A stretch of 60,532 nucleotides of DNA, counting the filler, from Dugesia japonica (Eukaryota), in NCBI GenBank assembly GCA_001938525.1. It is 5 parts of 5 records of this genome, joined end to end, with 100 filler letters (N's around TTAATTAATTAA, not from the genome) between each part and the next. Parts side by side here need not be neighbours in the genome. Positions count along the whole stretch, not along the records: positions 38,114 to 48,920 come from MQRL01358729.1; positions 49,021 to 60,532 come from MQRL01579357.1; 3 more parts are not named here. One strand, written 5' to 3'. This document shows positions 38,951 to 52,399 of this stretch, one piece after another. Each line of letters opens with the position of its first letter. Within the stretch, counting starts at the first letter, position 1. A program made the translations under genes and the position numbers. The notes under the pieces are model-generated. The model was given only the letters and a program-made list of their open reading frames with translations. It made no database searches and was not told the DNA's origin.

Positions 38951-39933
38951 TACTTGAATCTATCTTTAATTTTTATATAATATGAGAAATATGTTAATTC
39001 TTTATTACGGAATTTTATGATATACTTTTTTATTTACTGGAAAGTGGCTTCAACATAGATCTCGGTTATTGTTCTTAACCTGTTCCGATGTAATATAGTC
39101 ACACTGTATACAGATGGTAAGAAAGTTACTTGTTAGTTTACAGGGTTTAGAAACATCTTTTTGTTGAAAGAAGAGTGTAAGATGAAAGAAACGGGTGCAG
39201 TTGTTATTTAGCGTCTTGATTAATTGTTCAAAAGTGATATTTTTGCCTCTTTGAGATGTTTTCTATATATGAATCTATCATGCTTATGTTTAAATCTATT
39301 TATTGTGTGTGAACGACAAGAAGAGGACGAAAAATCATCTGAAAGTGAAGTTAAAATACTGTATAATACAAGACAAACAAAAGCAATATTCGAAAATGGA
39401 AATGTGTGCTACATTAGATTTTATCCTAACATAAAGGACAGCAAGGAGCTTCTTTTATATAAAAAGGTATTAACGCTTTATCGGTTCCAACTATATTCAA
39501 AGGATACAGATTAATAAAAGATAAAATTTCGAAATTATCTTTGCCCTAAAATTCAGATATAAATATGGGCTTTATAAGACTATCTATCAATAATAGTGAG
39601 CTGTTTTTGTCTTGGATAAAACAGGGCTTGTAGGAACATCATTCTTCTATATTTTAGGAAGACTGTAAAATATCACAGGTTGTGAAAATCTTCAACGTAT
39701 TTTTTCATTAGTAATTTTACTAATTTATGTTATCAATTTATTAAGTTGAGATGGAAATTCGGAATTTCTTGCAAATGATCAGTTGTCAAAAATCGAGTAC
39801 TATTTAAAATAGATAACAATTTGTCAATATAATCCTTATATTATATTATATTTTACTTAATGCATATAGACGTTATAATTTCTGAAAATAGGAAAATTGA
39901 GTACATTAACAAAATTATAATAATTATTTAGAA

Positions 39934-40349
39934 CAGTGGTTCTCAACCTGGGCGAAAGTTCATGGTGGTGGGGAAGGGCGCTNCTAGTAAATATGATTTT
40001 TTAGATGACATTTTAATCTTTATGTAAAAATATTGTAATAAATTATTTTTATGTAAGTAGATTTTTATTTAAAAATAAAATCTATTAAATTTTTACAAAA
40101 ACCGTCTTTATGTTTGTAAGCAGTATTGTTATTCAGCTTTAAGCCAAATATGAATGAATTGTAACCTAATGTCATCAACCTCAAAGATTACATTGATAAA
40201 ATGTTATTTATCGTAATAAAAAATTAAATTCCATAAAGAATTTAATATTAAATAATTTTTGCATAATATTTTTATTAATGTTGAGAGGGTGACATGAACA
40301 ATTAATTTATCAAAAGGGAGCACTAAATCAAACTTGTTGAGACCCACTG
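39934..40349. mobile_element. hAT/Charlie-type MITE with 8-bp TSD
   Basis: CAGTGGTTCTCAAC ... GTTGAGACCCACTG; flanks ATTTAGAA / ACTTAGAA. Confidence 0.85.
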
Positions 40350-40501
40350 ACTTAGAAGTATGGATAAAACACAATCAAAACAATAATTGGCTAGATGTGC
40401 CTGCTATAGTCTGTCTCGTCGATACTGACTCTTCCAAGACTAAAGCAGAAAGCACCTAAGAAATTTCTGCTGATAAAAGTAAATTTGTTCATAAAATTAA
40501 A

Positions 40502-40966
40502 GTAGATTGGTTTACTGATATACATATTGATAGATATCTGTCTAAATACATTACCAATAAATCATTTGCCCATATTAATCAATGCTTGGTTAAAGTTCTT
40601 TCTGCAGATGACACTTATAATAATTTACATAAGTCTGCCTTCACTGCATCTACTATTCTATGTTCTGTTAATATTCTGAATCTTCACTGGGTCCTCTTTG
40701 TGTATGACAAAAATGATAACACTTCTTTTGTCATAGACCCAATCAAAAATGTCTTTTATAAAGATGTTACAATTTATCTTGTTTTTAAAATTAACAAAAG
40801 TCTAAACAGAATTTATGGTATCAATAATATCTTTATTGAGCACCAGTTTAGTAGAGTTGCATATCAACGCGAAGACTATTATTGTGGTCTTATTGTTTGT
40901 TATTACGCTAATAATATAAGCAATGGTAAAAATCTGATGAGCAAATCAGATTGTGATACAATTTGA
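40502..40966 (+). pseudogene. Ulp1/SENP (C48)-like cysteine protease domain of the retrotransposon
   Basis: DWFTDIHIDRY...NLHWVLFVYD...FVIDP...YQREDYYCGLIVC; His, Asp, Gln and Cys are all present. Confidence 0.85.
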
Positions 40967-42403
40967 CAAAATGCCTTCGATTTGCTAACACGTAATGAAA
41001 TTGCCTCTCTGTATGGTGCTGGTGACTTTACGTATAGTGACTTAAACAATCTAGACATGTATGAATCTATAAAACACTGGTTTATTAATGATAAGAATAT
41101 TCTTATTCTCCCACTGACAATTGTTTACAATCTTCTAAAAAATGATATAGATTTTATAATAGATAATATCTCTTTCAAAGAATTTAAAAATATTATCAAT
41201 GTTATTTGCATATTTACCTTTGATAATTATCTTTATTTATTTATATACTCAAACTATAATAAATCTAGTTTCATTTTTCATATCCATAAAAATGTCACAT
41301 CTGAATATATTCTTAATTGTGGTGATGCTCTAAATGACAATCTTAATACTTTCTTTCTAAACAATTATGTAAAGTTTATGGATAACCACGAAATTAATTT
41401 TAAACAGATCAATAAAATCCAAATGTAAATACGAAAACATTTATAAGAATTATTTCTTACTTGATATATCAAGAAGATATCACTGAAATCGAATTCACTA
41501 ATTATCTTAATTTTATCAATAAAAATATCAATACTAAAATCCTTTATAACATAGATTCTTTAATTTTCATCAATTCTAAAATCAATAATGATACTTATCA
41601 TAAGTTCTTTAATAATCTTCAGCTTCCTTCAACATATATCTTTTTGGACAGAGTTATGTGCCATGCATTGATAGATGAAATCTGGCAGCACTCGTCTAAA
41701 TTTATAGATTTAGCAAGATTTTATAAATCTGAAATAATTTTTGCAATCTTTAAATCTTGTTTAAATCTCCTTGTTATTGATTGTACTATTAATGAATTCT
41801 ATTGTTTTGATCCGTGTTCAAGGAACCTGAAACCTGAACATCTGACTCTAAGCCAGTTTTTACTCGATAGGGTGCTTATTGCTAGTGGTAAATCTGATAT
41901 TAATTTTACCTTAAACACTTGTCCACACGACTTCAACATTTCATCCAATTTTTCCAAAATTCTCATTTGTTCTTTTATAAAAAACTATTCAGTTGATATT
42001 CCTTGTCATAATTCACCGATCAAAAAACCTACATCTACTAAAGTTATTTCTAAAAAGTTGACTCTTTCAGAGAGAAAAGAATTCTGTAATAGCATTCTTG
42101 ACTCAGTAAAATATTCTGACACAAACAGTATTATGAATGCTTTAACTGTTAACTTTCCTAACTATAAAAATTCAAAAAACGGTTATAAATTTTATCTTGG
42201 GAATAAAAAAATGCAATAAAATTTCGGAAAAATAAGTCTTCAAACTAGCTTCATAAAAGAGATGAAAAAACTGTTTATCATATACTAAATAATAAAGAAA
42301 CAAAAATAAGACCTTCCCTTGAAACTCATTTTCTACATCAAGAACCGAATAATGAATGTACATGGAATTTTTCTAATTACAAACGTATTGGAGATTACCG
42401 ATA

Positions 42404-43260
42404 ATGCTGGATAAAATTACTACTGATGAAATTCTTCATTTTTTCAAAACTGCTGATAATACAGCTCCAGATTTGGGTGGTATTACATACAAAAACCTAC
42501 AATCACTGGACCCTGAATGTTATTTGCTATGTCATCTTTACAATACTATAATATCTACAAAAAGTTTTAAAACGATTCTACTGCCAAAACCCGACAAAAA
42601 TGATAAATATCACGATGTTTCCTCTTGGAGACCAATCGCTCTTTTAAATTCCTCTTATAAAAAGTTTACTGCAATCCTATGTCAAAGATTAAGTACTTGG
42701 TTAAAATCTAATAACTTGCTTCATCAAAGTCAAAAAGCGGAATCCAACTTTGAAGGTTGTGTCGAACATAATAGTATATTAACTGCTGAACTTGACCATT
42801 CAAAATATACAAACAATTATATTTCAATACCTTGGCTTGACATTAAGGATGCCTTTGGTAGTGTTCCTCATAAATATATTTGGTCTTTACTCAATCACAT
42901 TGGTGTCAGTAATGAATTATCTACTATTCTGCAGCTTTTGTACACTGATAATAGTTCATACTATTGCTGTGATACTCTATAAACCAAACATCTTAAAATT
43001 CACCGTGGTGTCAAACAGGGTTGTCCGTTTTCAATGATTTTATTTTCTAAAGCGATCAATGCTGTTCATAAATCAATATCTTCCTTATTTATTCCTTGCT
43101 ACTACATTGGTGACTAAGGAATACAAATTTTATCATACGCTGATTATATAGCTTGAATTGCTAATAATTCTAATGATCTACAAAAGCTAATCAATCAAAG
43201 CATAATTACTAGTGTTATATTGGTTAGACTCACAGACCCGAAAAATGGGCATATAAAACG
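42404..43260 (+). pseudogene. Reverse transcriptase domain
   Basis: RT motifs as listed for the element; stop at 42982 and YADD decayed to YADY. Confidence 0.92.
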
Positions 43261-44044
43261 TTTCTTCACTCAAGACTTAACTTTATTTTTCGCATAAGGG
43301 AAATAAAAATATCATGTTTGTCTGCTCCTAATAAAACCTCTAAAATAAAATACAACATGAATAGAAAAATCTAATCATTAATTTACAAAATTTTAAGTAT
43401 ACTCACATATACGGAATCTTGTTATTTATATGCTAGTGTTGATGAAGGAGTTATTGGCCTCACTAATCTACAAGATGAGTATTATCATAATTGCATTATA
43501 CAAGCATTCAGACTTTTAACTACTCATTGTGACTATTCTAGAAAAATTATTAGTGATTCACTCTATCATACAGTTCAAGTCGCATCAAATTAAATCCTCT
43601 TACATTTGAAATGTGCCTTGATTTGCTTAACGGAATTGACTCCACCCGGACGGCATTAGCCTGTAAAACATGGTGGATTCGACCTAGACAAGCTATAAAA
43701 CACTTTTGCAGCACTTTAAAAATTATAGTTTCCTTAGAACTTGTGGAGAATAATGTTCAACTTCGTAATACTACATTAGATCGTGGTTCAAATGTTATAA
43801 CCTCTAATCAAAGTAGGACACTATCGCATACCTTACGTCTTTGGATTCATGAATATTATGGTAGTATTTGGCGCCAAAGTAAAAAAAGCAATTTTCTTGC
43901 TGAAACGGTTATTGACAATCCAAAAGTTAATAAAGGTATCTTAAAAGGTAAAATCAGCACATTTTATTGACAATTCATAGGTAAAGCTAAAATTAACACT
44001 TTACTTATTAACTCTAGACCAATGAATAAACATCATCACAGCGG

Positions 44045-44591
44045 ATCTGTAGAAAATGTGATCACCAAGAAGAAACTATGTCACATATTCTTCAAAAATG
44101 TGAATTTAACATGAAAATGGTTACTAAAAGACATGATTCTTGTCTTCAAATAATTTATGATAATCTTATCAACCCTAATCTCATTGTTGTCATGGACGAC
44201 AACTGCTTTTTAATTCCTAATATTACAGAACGTGTTGACCTAATGATAATCAATGATGATAAAAAACGGATGTTCCTTAGTTGAAATAAAATGTCCCATT
44301 GATTCTGAGATTAATTTCGAAAAAACACATAAATTATATATTAATAAATACAGTAATCTGAAAAACAAAATTCAAAAAATTAAGTCTAACTACAAAGTCA
44401 GTTTAGATACTTGTATTTTTGGTTCTTTAGGTTCTGTTCCTTCATATACGAATAAGGTTTTAACTAATATTGGTATAAACAAATCAAAAGTGGATACAAT
44501 AATAAAATCTAGTGTATTTTTAAACATTGAAAACTCTGCAAAAATTTGGCACTTTCAGTGGTCTGATAAAACGTCTAATGTTGATTTTTAA
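44045..44591 (+). pseudogene. CCHC zinc knuckle plus PD-(D/E)xK restriction-like endonuclease
   Basis: CRKC...ETMSHILQKC, RHD, RVDL...EIKCP, KY; frameshift near 44270. Confidence 0.85.
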
Positions 44592-46139
44592 ATTTGACTT
44601 TGAACTAAATTGCCTGACACTTATATCTAAAACTTCGGTTTCTTTGTTGATGCTAATAAACAAAAGAAAAGGAATGATGTGTGGACTACTTGAGATTTCA
44701 GAATTTAGAACGACAAATCACAATCGTATATTGAGTTGTCCATCTATGAATATCTTACTACCAAGCATTACTACCAAGCATTACTACCAAGCCTCGTCCT
44801 TCGCACTCTTTAGATGTGTCACTATGTGATTTCTTTTTGTCTACTATACTGAAATATCTGATGAATTGGATCCGATTATCCTCAGTAGAAGAAATTCAAA
44901 GTACATTCAATGGGCCACCTAAATTCAATATGTTGATAGTTTTCAGTCATTTGCCAAAAGATTTATTACCTTGTAATATCGAAATTTAATTGAAATAAAA
45001 ATTATAACCTTTTTAAAAATAATGTTATTCTTATAATTAAAATATTTAGCATTTTTAATTAAAAATTGTTTTTTTTATTATTACATAATATTAATTTCAA
45101 ATTTTCAGTGATGTACAATCCGTCATCTTTGTACAAGAATTCAAAAGCATAATCGTATCGGTAATGATAGTAAGAGTGCTGAAAATATATTATTAAACCA
45201 ATTTAAAAGAGTGTTGTATAAGACCTTGATAATCAAATTTCATAACAACTCCTTCGTAGAAATTAACTATATTATTGAACATACTTATGACATATCTTAT
45301 CAAGTTATAAATATGTTCAATAATAAATCTGTAACCCCTTTAAGCTTGTGTTCCGTTATAGTCTATCAATTTAAATCAAACACATTAGAGAGACTTTCCG
45401 TCATATCTCCACCAAAGTACAAGAGCATATTCAAAATAGTGGAAATAGTAATATTGTTTGTTCATTGAAGAAAATGTAATTGCAAAAAAATATTTTATTA
45501 AATGGCGTTCTAATTAATTATTTAATTTTATTTATATTTAGATCTTTTTGACATTCTTTTGAACTAGTTTATTGTGTATGGTTGCTTTTTGATTATATTT
45601 CTTCAAACAATAATTTAATATCGATTTAGATTTTTAAATGGGGTTAGCAAAATTATTATAATAAAAATCAGTTAATAAAAGAATCGCGTTTAATTTATTA
45701 TTTGCCGATAACATTCTACTGACTATTGTCAGTAAATAATATTGGTAAATTTGTGTTCTTAAATTCTAAGTTTTTTTCGTTTTTAAATTAAATGATGATT
45801 TCCATTTTATAAATAAAACATAATATTAAATTGATTTAACCTTTAATTTTTTTTATTTACTGGATATTATGACACTTTTTGAAAAATTTATATACTATTT
45901 TCCTTTATATTACATCTCTATATTGCAACAATTTTGAAAATGAATAACATCATGCAATAAATAAGTGTATTCGCCAAAATATAATTAAATAATAAATCAC
46001 TTATGTTAATTTTGTTTCAATCCGCCACCTACATTTTCAATTGAAAATATTTATATCGAATAGGTTCAATACAATAATTGTTTTTCTAAACTTTCAAATT
46101 AATCAAACCTCATGAATTTATCAAAGCCAACAAGATGTC

Positions 46140-47020
46140 AATTATCAATAAATGAGAAAATGCTTATTATTGAGACGGAAAAGACAACAACCAATCGAAG
46201 TGAAATTTTCAAAATTTTCAATAATCGGAATTCTTAGATCTAAAAAATCGATAAAAACTGCTGTTGATGATGAAATTGAAACAAAATATAGCATATTGAA
46301 GTTATCTAAATATAGCGTTGTTGAAAATGTTGTTTTAATTTGGTTTAAACAATTAGGAAGTTAAAATATTCTAATTAATGGACTGCTTTTGCAGGAAACG
46401 TCGAAACAAATAAATATGAATAGAGTGTGTCTGAAATTCAAACAAACAATCGAAATCTTTTGCAGCTGAATTCGATTGTATTTAAGGCAAAACAAAGGCA
46501 AAGCTGGTGCAATCAATATGAGAGAACTTAAAATTTGGCAATATACCAAGTTACAAGATGACTTAAAGGAGTTTTCACTTGATGATGTTTTCAATGTAAA
46601 TGAAACTGGCTTTTTTGGAGATTGTTACAAAATAAGACATTATCATTTAATGGTGGATATTGTTCAACTGGTAAGAAGAGCAAGAACGTACCACAGTTTT
46701 AATTGGCTCCAACATGATAGGTAGTTAAAAAATTATCTTTTTTAAAAAAAATCTAATTAAAAAATTATTTTTAAAAAATCTAATATTCCTGTGCTGTATA
46801 CAGCAAATATTAATGGGTGGATGATAGCAAACATTTTTGAGATGTTTCTTTAATCATGCAATAGAAAACTCTGACACGCAAATAGGAAATCTTGTTTGTT
46901 TATTGATAATTATTCTGTTCATATACCAAATATTTTGTTATCAAACATATCTATTAATTTCTTTAATTTAATACAACTATTGAAGATCGGCTAATGGACC
47001 AGGGGATTATTCAGGGACTT
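46140..47020 (+). pseudogene. Tigger/pogo (CENP-B HTH + DDE_1) transposase remnant
   Basis: KYSVVENVVLIWFKQ...INGLLLQE; DDVFNVNETGFF; YTANINGWM; LFIDNYSVH; MDQGII. Confidence 0.8.
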
Positions 47021-47324
47021 TTGTTAATGCAATAAATCTACTACATTGAAAATAAAAACCTTACAATTTTAATTTGTTAGATTTTAGGAAACAGTAACTG
47101 AAAAGTATATCAAAATATTTAAAGAGAAAAATTCGGTCAAATTATCAAAAATATAACCAAGGCAATCATTGAATAAACTCAATCGTTATTTCAAAAATTG
47201 TACTGATTCGAAAATGCTTAACATTTCCCATGAGTTGGATGGCAAATTTACTAAATCAAAGTAGTTAATAAATAATCAGGCTGCGGTTAGGTAGCAGAAT
47301 ACAAAATAATTTTTAAATGTAATC

Positions 47325-48110
47325 AGTAGATAGATAGTAAGGCATTGGAACATCACACATACATTACACCCCAGGATTAATGTTGTCATGAAACTTAATC
47401 TTAATGTTTTTAGTTGGTAATTTAAAAATTAAATCAAATTAGGTAATGTCACGTTAATGTTTTTAAATTACTCCTGTGTATTTATTTGGGAAAAAATGTT
47501 TGCACACAAATGACATCATTAGATTAATTTAATTGTTGAAATTTGATTTTTTTACTTTTTAAAATTTTTCAGGCTTTTTTTATCTGGCGAGCAAAATTTA
47601 TGTGCAATTACATCTTTTAATCGTATTTTTAAAGGTTTTGCGAATTATTTACAAATTTTAGGCTTTTTAAGAGGTCATTAGTAGATAGATAGGGGAAGTA
47701 AACCTCTGCACACATTCAGTAGACCCCCCCTATACGTAATCGGATTATTACATTACTGTTTTTAAATTTTTCTAATGTAAATAGGCGGCGGCACAGATTT
47801 GTGTGCATTACATAATGTAATTAATCTTCTCGCGAGATTATTACGTATGAGAGGTTACTTTTTCCTGTGTATTTAGTTGGGAAAAATTATTTGCACACAA
47901 ATTATGTCATGAGATTAATTTCATCTTTTGAAATTTTACGTAATAGGATTAATAGAGGTTACTTTTTTCCTGTGTATTTAGTTAGGAAAATTTTTTAGCC
48001 TTTTTAGGTTACAATGTTTTTATAGAGTATTTAAGCGGTTATATTTTTTATAGGCTTTTTAGTTGGGGAAAATTTTTTATATGAATTTTTTATAGGAAAT
48101 CATGTTGTTT
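47325..48110 (+). repeat. Two tandem related units, each starting AGTAGATAGATAG (Polinton-terminus-like)
   Basis: Starts at 47325 and 47680; shared block cctgtgtattta.ttgggaaaaa....ttgcacacaaat....tcat.agattaattt. Confidence 0.4.
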
Positions 48111-49094
48111 AAATAATATTAAAATTTAAAATTTTTTAAATCAAATTTTTCTGGGAATTTGAATGAACAGTCTAAATTTTTGAAAAAATATGTTCTTTAT
48201 ATCAGATTTCAAAGATTTTTATACCAAACTGCTGAAAACGTTTTGGCAAACCTTTCTCACAAATAAAAATTTTTCGAAAAAATATTTCTTCTCAAATAAG
48301 TTAAACAAGAGTCTATTCGATAGAAACATTTTCGCTGATTCTAAATATGTTAACCTAAAATCGCCAAAGTTAATACTTGATGAAATAAAATAGATTTTGT
48401 GGTGAAAAAAATCTCAAAACTCAGAGTTTAGTGCTCAGAGCTCTGTGCACAGAGAATTGCTATCGACTCAAATTTAGTATTATTTTATTCAAGAGGAAAA
48501 AGTGACTATGCAAAGTTAAAATATCGTCTCGATAAAAAGGATTCCTAACGAAGATATTCAGCTATCCTTTCGGATTTGGTAACTTTTTTCGAAAATTGAA
48601 AAAGTATCTCAAATTAGTCAAAGAGGTATCTATTTGATAGAGAATCTTTCACTAATTCCAAATATGTAAGTATATACTCACCAAACCGTATAGATAAAAC
48701 GTTATACTGAAAAAACTTGTATTTCATTTTTGGGAGTCTGGAGGGAATTATGAATTTTGGAAAGGGTAACTCAAATTTGAACATTAAAGTATCAATTAGA
48801 TAGAAAATTTAAAATTGAATAGGAAAAAGTTAGTAAAAAATCAAGGAATCTTATACATAAAAAGTTATAGAGAAACAAATACTTTATTTGGGAGTCTCCG
48901 AGGAACTTATTAAATAATAANNNNNNNNNNNNNNNNNNNNNNNNNNNNNNNNNNNNNNNNNNNNTTAATTAATTAANNNNNNNNNNNNNNNNNNNNNNNN
49001 NNNNNNNNNNNNNNNNNNNNATGAAATCTCAAATCCGATCAATGGTTAAGTCCAACAATTATTCTCACAATAATTGTAATTATAAAATTAACAG

Positions 49095-49592
49095 TTCTTC
49101 ATAAATTTAGAGATTTTTATCTGCACTTCTTATAAAAATTCCTAGCTGTACATTGTCAGTCAAATCAGTGCTCTCATCAAGACATAATGAAAAAGCTTCG
49201 AACTTAGATATTTTTTCTTTTAATAATTCAATAATATTTTGTGAAATTTCACTATTTCTGTTGAATACCGTGTGGCGTGATAAACTAGCCTTTTGAACTA
49301 GTTTTTGTTTTTCTGGGATAACATTATTTACAAGACACCGTGTTGCCTCTTTTATATATTATCTATCAGTAAATGGTTTCAATTTTATTGCTATTGATTG
49401 CGAAACCGAGAAACTAGCTTTTACGATATTCAATGATTGTAACATTGTCTTTTTGAAAAAATCCTGTTCAGCAGTTAATGTTTTTTTTAAATTATTAATT
49501 TTATGCAATCGTATTTCTGCTGTAAATTCACGAAACTCCTCGTGCTGTTCTTCATAGTGTCTTTTTACGTTAGAGCCTTTTATATTTTTCAT
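49095..49592 (-). pseudogene. hAT Buster/Charlie (GTF2IRD2/SPIN-like) transposase fragment
   Basis: SNVKRHYEEQH; KASFSVSQSIAIKLKPFTD; SLSRHTV; FSLCLDESTDLTDNVQLGIFIR. Confidence 0.85.
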
Positions 49593-49605
49593 TATTTTTT
49601 TACAA

Positions 49606-49879
49606 ATGCAAAACTACCTGAATCTTAAGACGTTTGCAACTGATGACCATTTGAAAGCTGCAGTTGGAGGCTTTTTTGACAGTAAACAAATGGACTTTTA
49701 CAACAAGGGCATCAATGACCTAGCCCGTCGTTGGAAGTATGTCCTTCAAAATAATGGNNNNNNNNNNNNNNNNNNNNNNNNNNNTTATTCCTGCATTGCT
49801 TCTTTGAATTTCGATGTATTTATCATTGTATTTTGCTATCAATAAAAATTGTGTAAGAACTTTCTTTCCAACTCAATGT
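49606..49879 (+). mobile_element. Mariner transposon 3' end (transposase C-terminus and TIR)
   Basis: FFDSKQMDFYNKGINDLARRWKYVLQNNG followed by a TIR-like aactttctttccaactcaatgta. Confidence 0.8.
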
Positions 49880-50320
49880 AAGTTAAAAGTATTACTAGTA
49901 CAAAGGTAAATTTTGATGAGTTACTTAATACAGTTAAACTCGCTTTACATCAGATATAAGTGGTCTAAAAAAAGCTTGATGTTAGCCGGGTTTTCGGACA
50001 GAGATGCATATTATTTTTGCCAATACCAACAATACATACTTCCGACTCGGAATTTCCGAGTTCAATTACATAATTTTTACACAATACACACAACACTGCT
50101 TATATTAACACCTTGGATACTNNNNNNNNNNNNNNNNNNNNNNNNNNNNNNNNNNNNNNNNNNNNNNNNNNNNNNNNNNNNNNNNNNNNNNAAGCTCCTT
50201 ATTAATTTATAATCTTTAGGTACGTAATCTAGGCATGAATATATGTGTATATGTATTTACGTGCGATTCTTTTCATCTAAATCATTACATACCTATTTCT
50301 TGGTATGTATATGTTGTGAC

Positions 50321-50741
50321 CAATGTTTCCTCTAAGCTGTGCGTATGCGCAGCCACGCAAATTTAGGTAAACTTTCTCTCAAAAAAAAAGATAAACATGT
50401 AATTTTAACTCATTTTACTATATTATTTAAGTTTTTTTTTTCTANAAAAAACTTTCGCCAATTAAAATTAGTCTTGTAAATTATAATTATCAAAAATAGT
50501 AAGTTACTAGCCATAAAACCTGTATAATTAACAATTACAATAATCAAAAACATAATAATGATATTGTATGCTTTATATTAAAGTTCTTTCGTTTGAATAA
50601 AGTTGTTCTAGTGTTTGATCTATATATGTAATGTCTATAAATAGAAAATTATGAGCGCCAAAATTTTTCCAAACTTTAAAAAAGTTGCCCAAGTAGCATT
50701 TTTTCCTCGTATTGCCATAAAAAAAATTAGAGAGAACATTG
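50321..50741. mobile_element. hAT-type MITE with 8-bp TSD
   Basis: CAATGTTTCCTCTAA ... TTAGAGAGAACATTG; flanks GTTGTGAC / GTTGTGAT. Confidence 0.85.
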
Positions 50742-52399
50742 GTTGTGATAGTGACATGATATAAATTTCTATGAAAGTGTGTTGATGTTAGACGAGTAAT
50801 TATGTTGAATGGGTTGATATCAAGCGGGTTTCAATGACTAGGATTTACATGGGACCGCGAATTTTCTTACTTAAAACGGTTTTAATTATAAGCAAGTTGG
50901 AGTTTGAATGGGTTCAGCTGTAGTATAGAAATTATCGGAAATAATGTTTTATGTTATTAANNNNNNNNNNNNNNNNNNNNNNNNNNNNNNNNNNNNNNNN
51001 NNNNNNNNNNNNNNNNNNNNNNNNNNNNNNNNNNNNNNNNNNNNNNNNNNNNNNNNNNNNNNNNNNNNNNNNNNNNNNNNNNNNNNNNNNNNNNNNNNNN
51101 NNNNNNNNNNNNNNNNNNNNNNNNNNNNNNNNNNNNNNNNNNNNNNNNNNNNNNNNNNNNNNNNNNNNNNNNNNNNNNNAATTTATTCATTTTAATTTAA
51201 TCTTTTAGCCTAATTTAATAAAAATCTAATTTAATTCTTTTATCTAAATAATTAATACAAAAAATACACATTTTTCATTATTTTATTTCTTTATTACCCA
51301 GGCTTATTACCAGTAAATGTAGTGTATCATAAAGAAAAATATGTCAATGTTATTTCATTTTGTGTATGATTCTTCGAGAAAAATTAAATTATTTCTATTA
51401 TTAAAACTTTCATAATATAAAATAGTTGTGAAAATATATTACTAATTTTTAATATTTTTTAACAGAATACGTCCACATAAACGTATTCGATTTTTTACTA
51501 AGTATTTGTCATATACATTATTGATAACTGAAGTACAGATTATCTTTGTTTATTGTTAAATTTTTGGTGCAGAATTTGCAGAAATTCATTTACTATCACT
51601 ATTCAAGTGAAACAAGTTAACAAAATGATTATTGTATATGTTGACTGTTTTGACGTAATTTCAATTCAGTTGTGTTTTACTCATTGTAGTAAAATTTTGT
51701 TATAATTTTCATTGAATTTGCTTATAATACTTTGTCTGCTAATATTTTGTTAAATATTATTAAACGTATAAATAACAAAAAATGCTCTTAATTATCAATT
51801 TGGACAAAAACTACAGTGTAATGAATCAATATTATTGATACTGTGTTCCAATTATTTTAGTATTAGATATATATTATTAATAATGTGATATTTCTATGAA
51901 ATATGTTACTGTTGAATAAAATATTTTCATTGCAAATATGCCTTGACATTATTGTTCTTGTTGAAACCCGTTAATGTGTATGTATGTATATGGAAACAGG
52001 AATTTAGTATTTTGAAGACAGAGTCATATATTGCGCCGAACTTTACATCGTTGGACGCGCAATTACACGACGGACAAATNNNNNNNNNNNNNNNNNNNNN
52101 NNNNNNNNNNNNNNNNNNNNNNNNNNNNNNNNNNNNNNNNNNNNNNNNNNNNNNNNNNNNNNNNNNNNNNNNNNNNNNNNNNNNNNTGTACAATTTGTTA
52201 AAGGATTAAAATTTATCTATACATTGTTTAAAGGATTAGTATGCGAAAATGTATACTTTACGAGTAAATCACATAAGAAAGAACAAAAGACTTTTAAAAA
52301 ATATTTTTAAAAGGAGTTTTTGGCACCATTTTTTTTATCAACATGTATCAAACTTGATATCATTAGAATGGTAATGAGATGAATTTTTTCCATGTTGTC

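Larger units (their letters stand above)
40380..45000 (+). mobile_element. NeSL/R2-group non-LTR retrotransposon (Ulp1-like protease modules, RT, CCHC finger, restriction-like endonuclease), pseudogenised
   Basis: RT: APDLGGITY, WRPIALLNSSYK, EGCVEHN, WLDIKDAFGSVPH, RGVKQGCPFS, LSYADY. C-terminus: CRKCDHQEETMSHILQKC...RHD, RVDLMII...VEIKCP, KYSNL, GSLGSVP. The 3' UTR ends near aaataaaa at ~45000. Confidence 0.92.

Noticed and set aside
39050-39800. 96-aa ORF at 39224 and possible transposase remnant
   Set aside because: No diagnostic motif could be recognised on either strand.
44860-44900. CTGATGA followed by a short stem, a possible hammerhead ribozyme in the retrotransposon 3' UTR
   Set aside because: GAAA does not directly follow stem II, and I could not form stems I and III.
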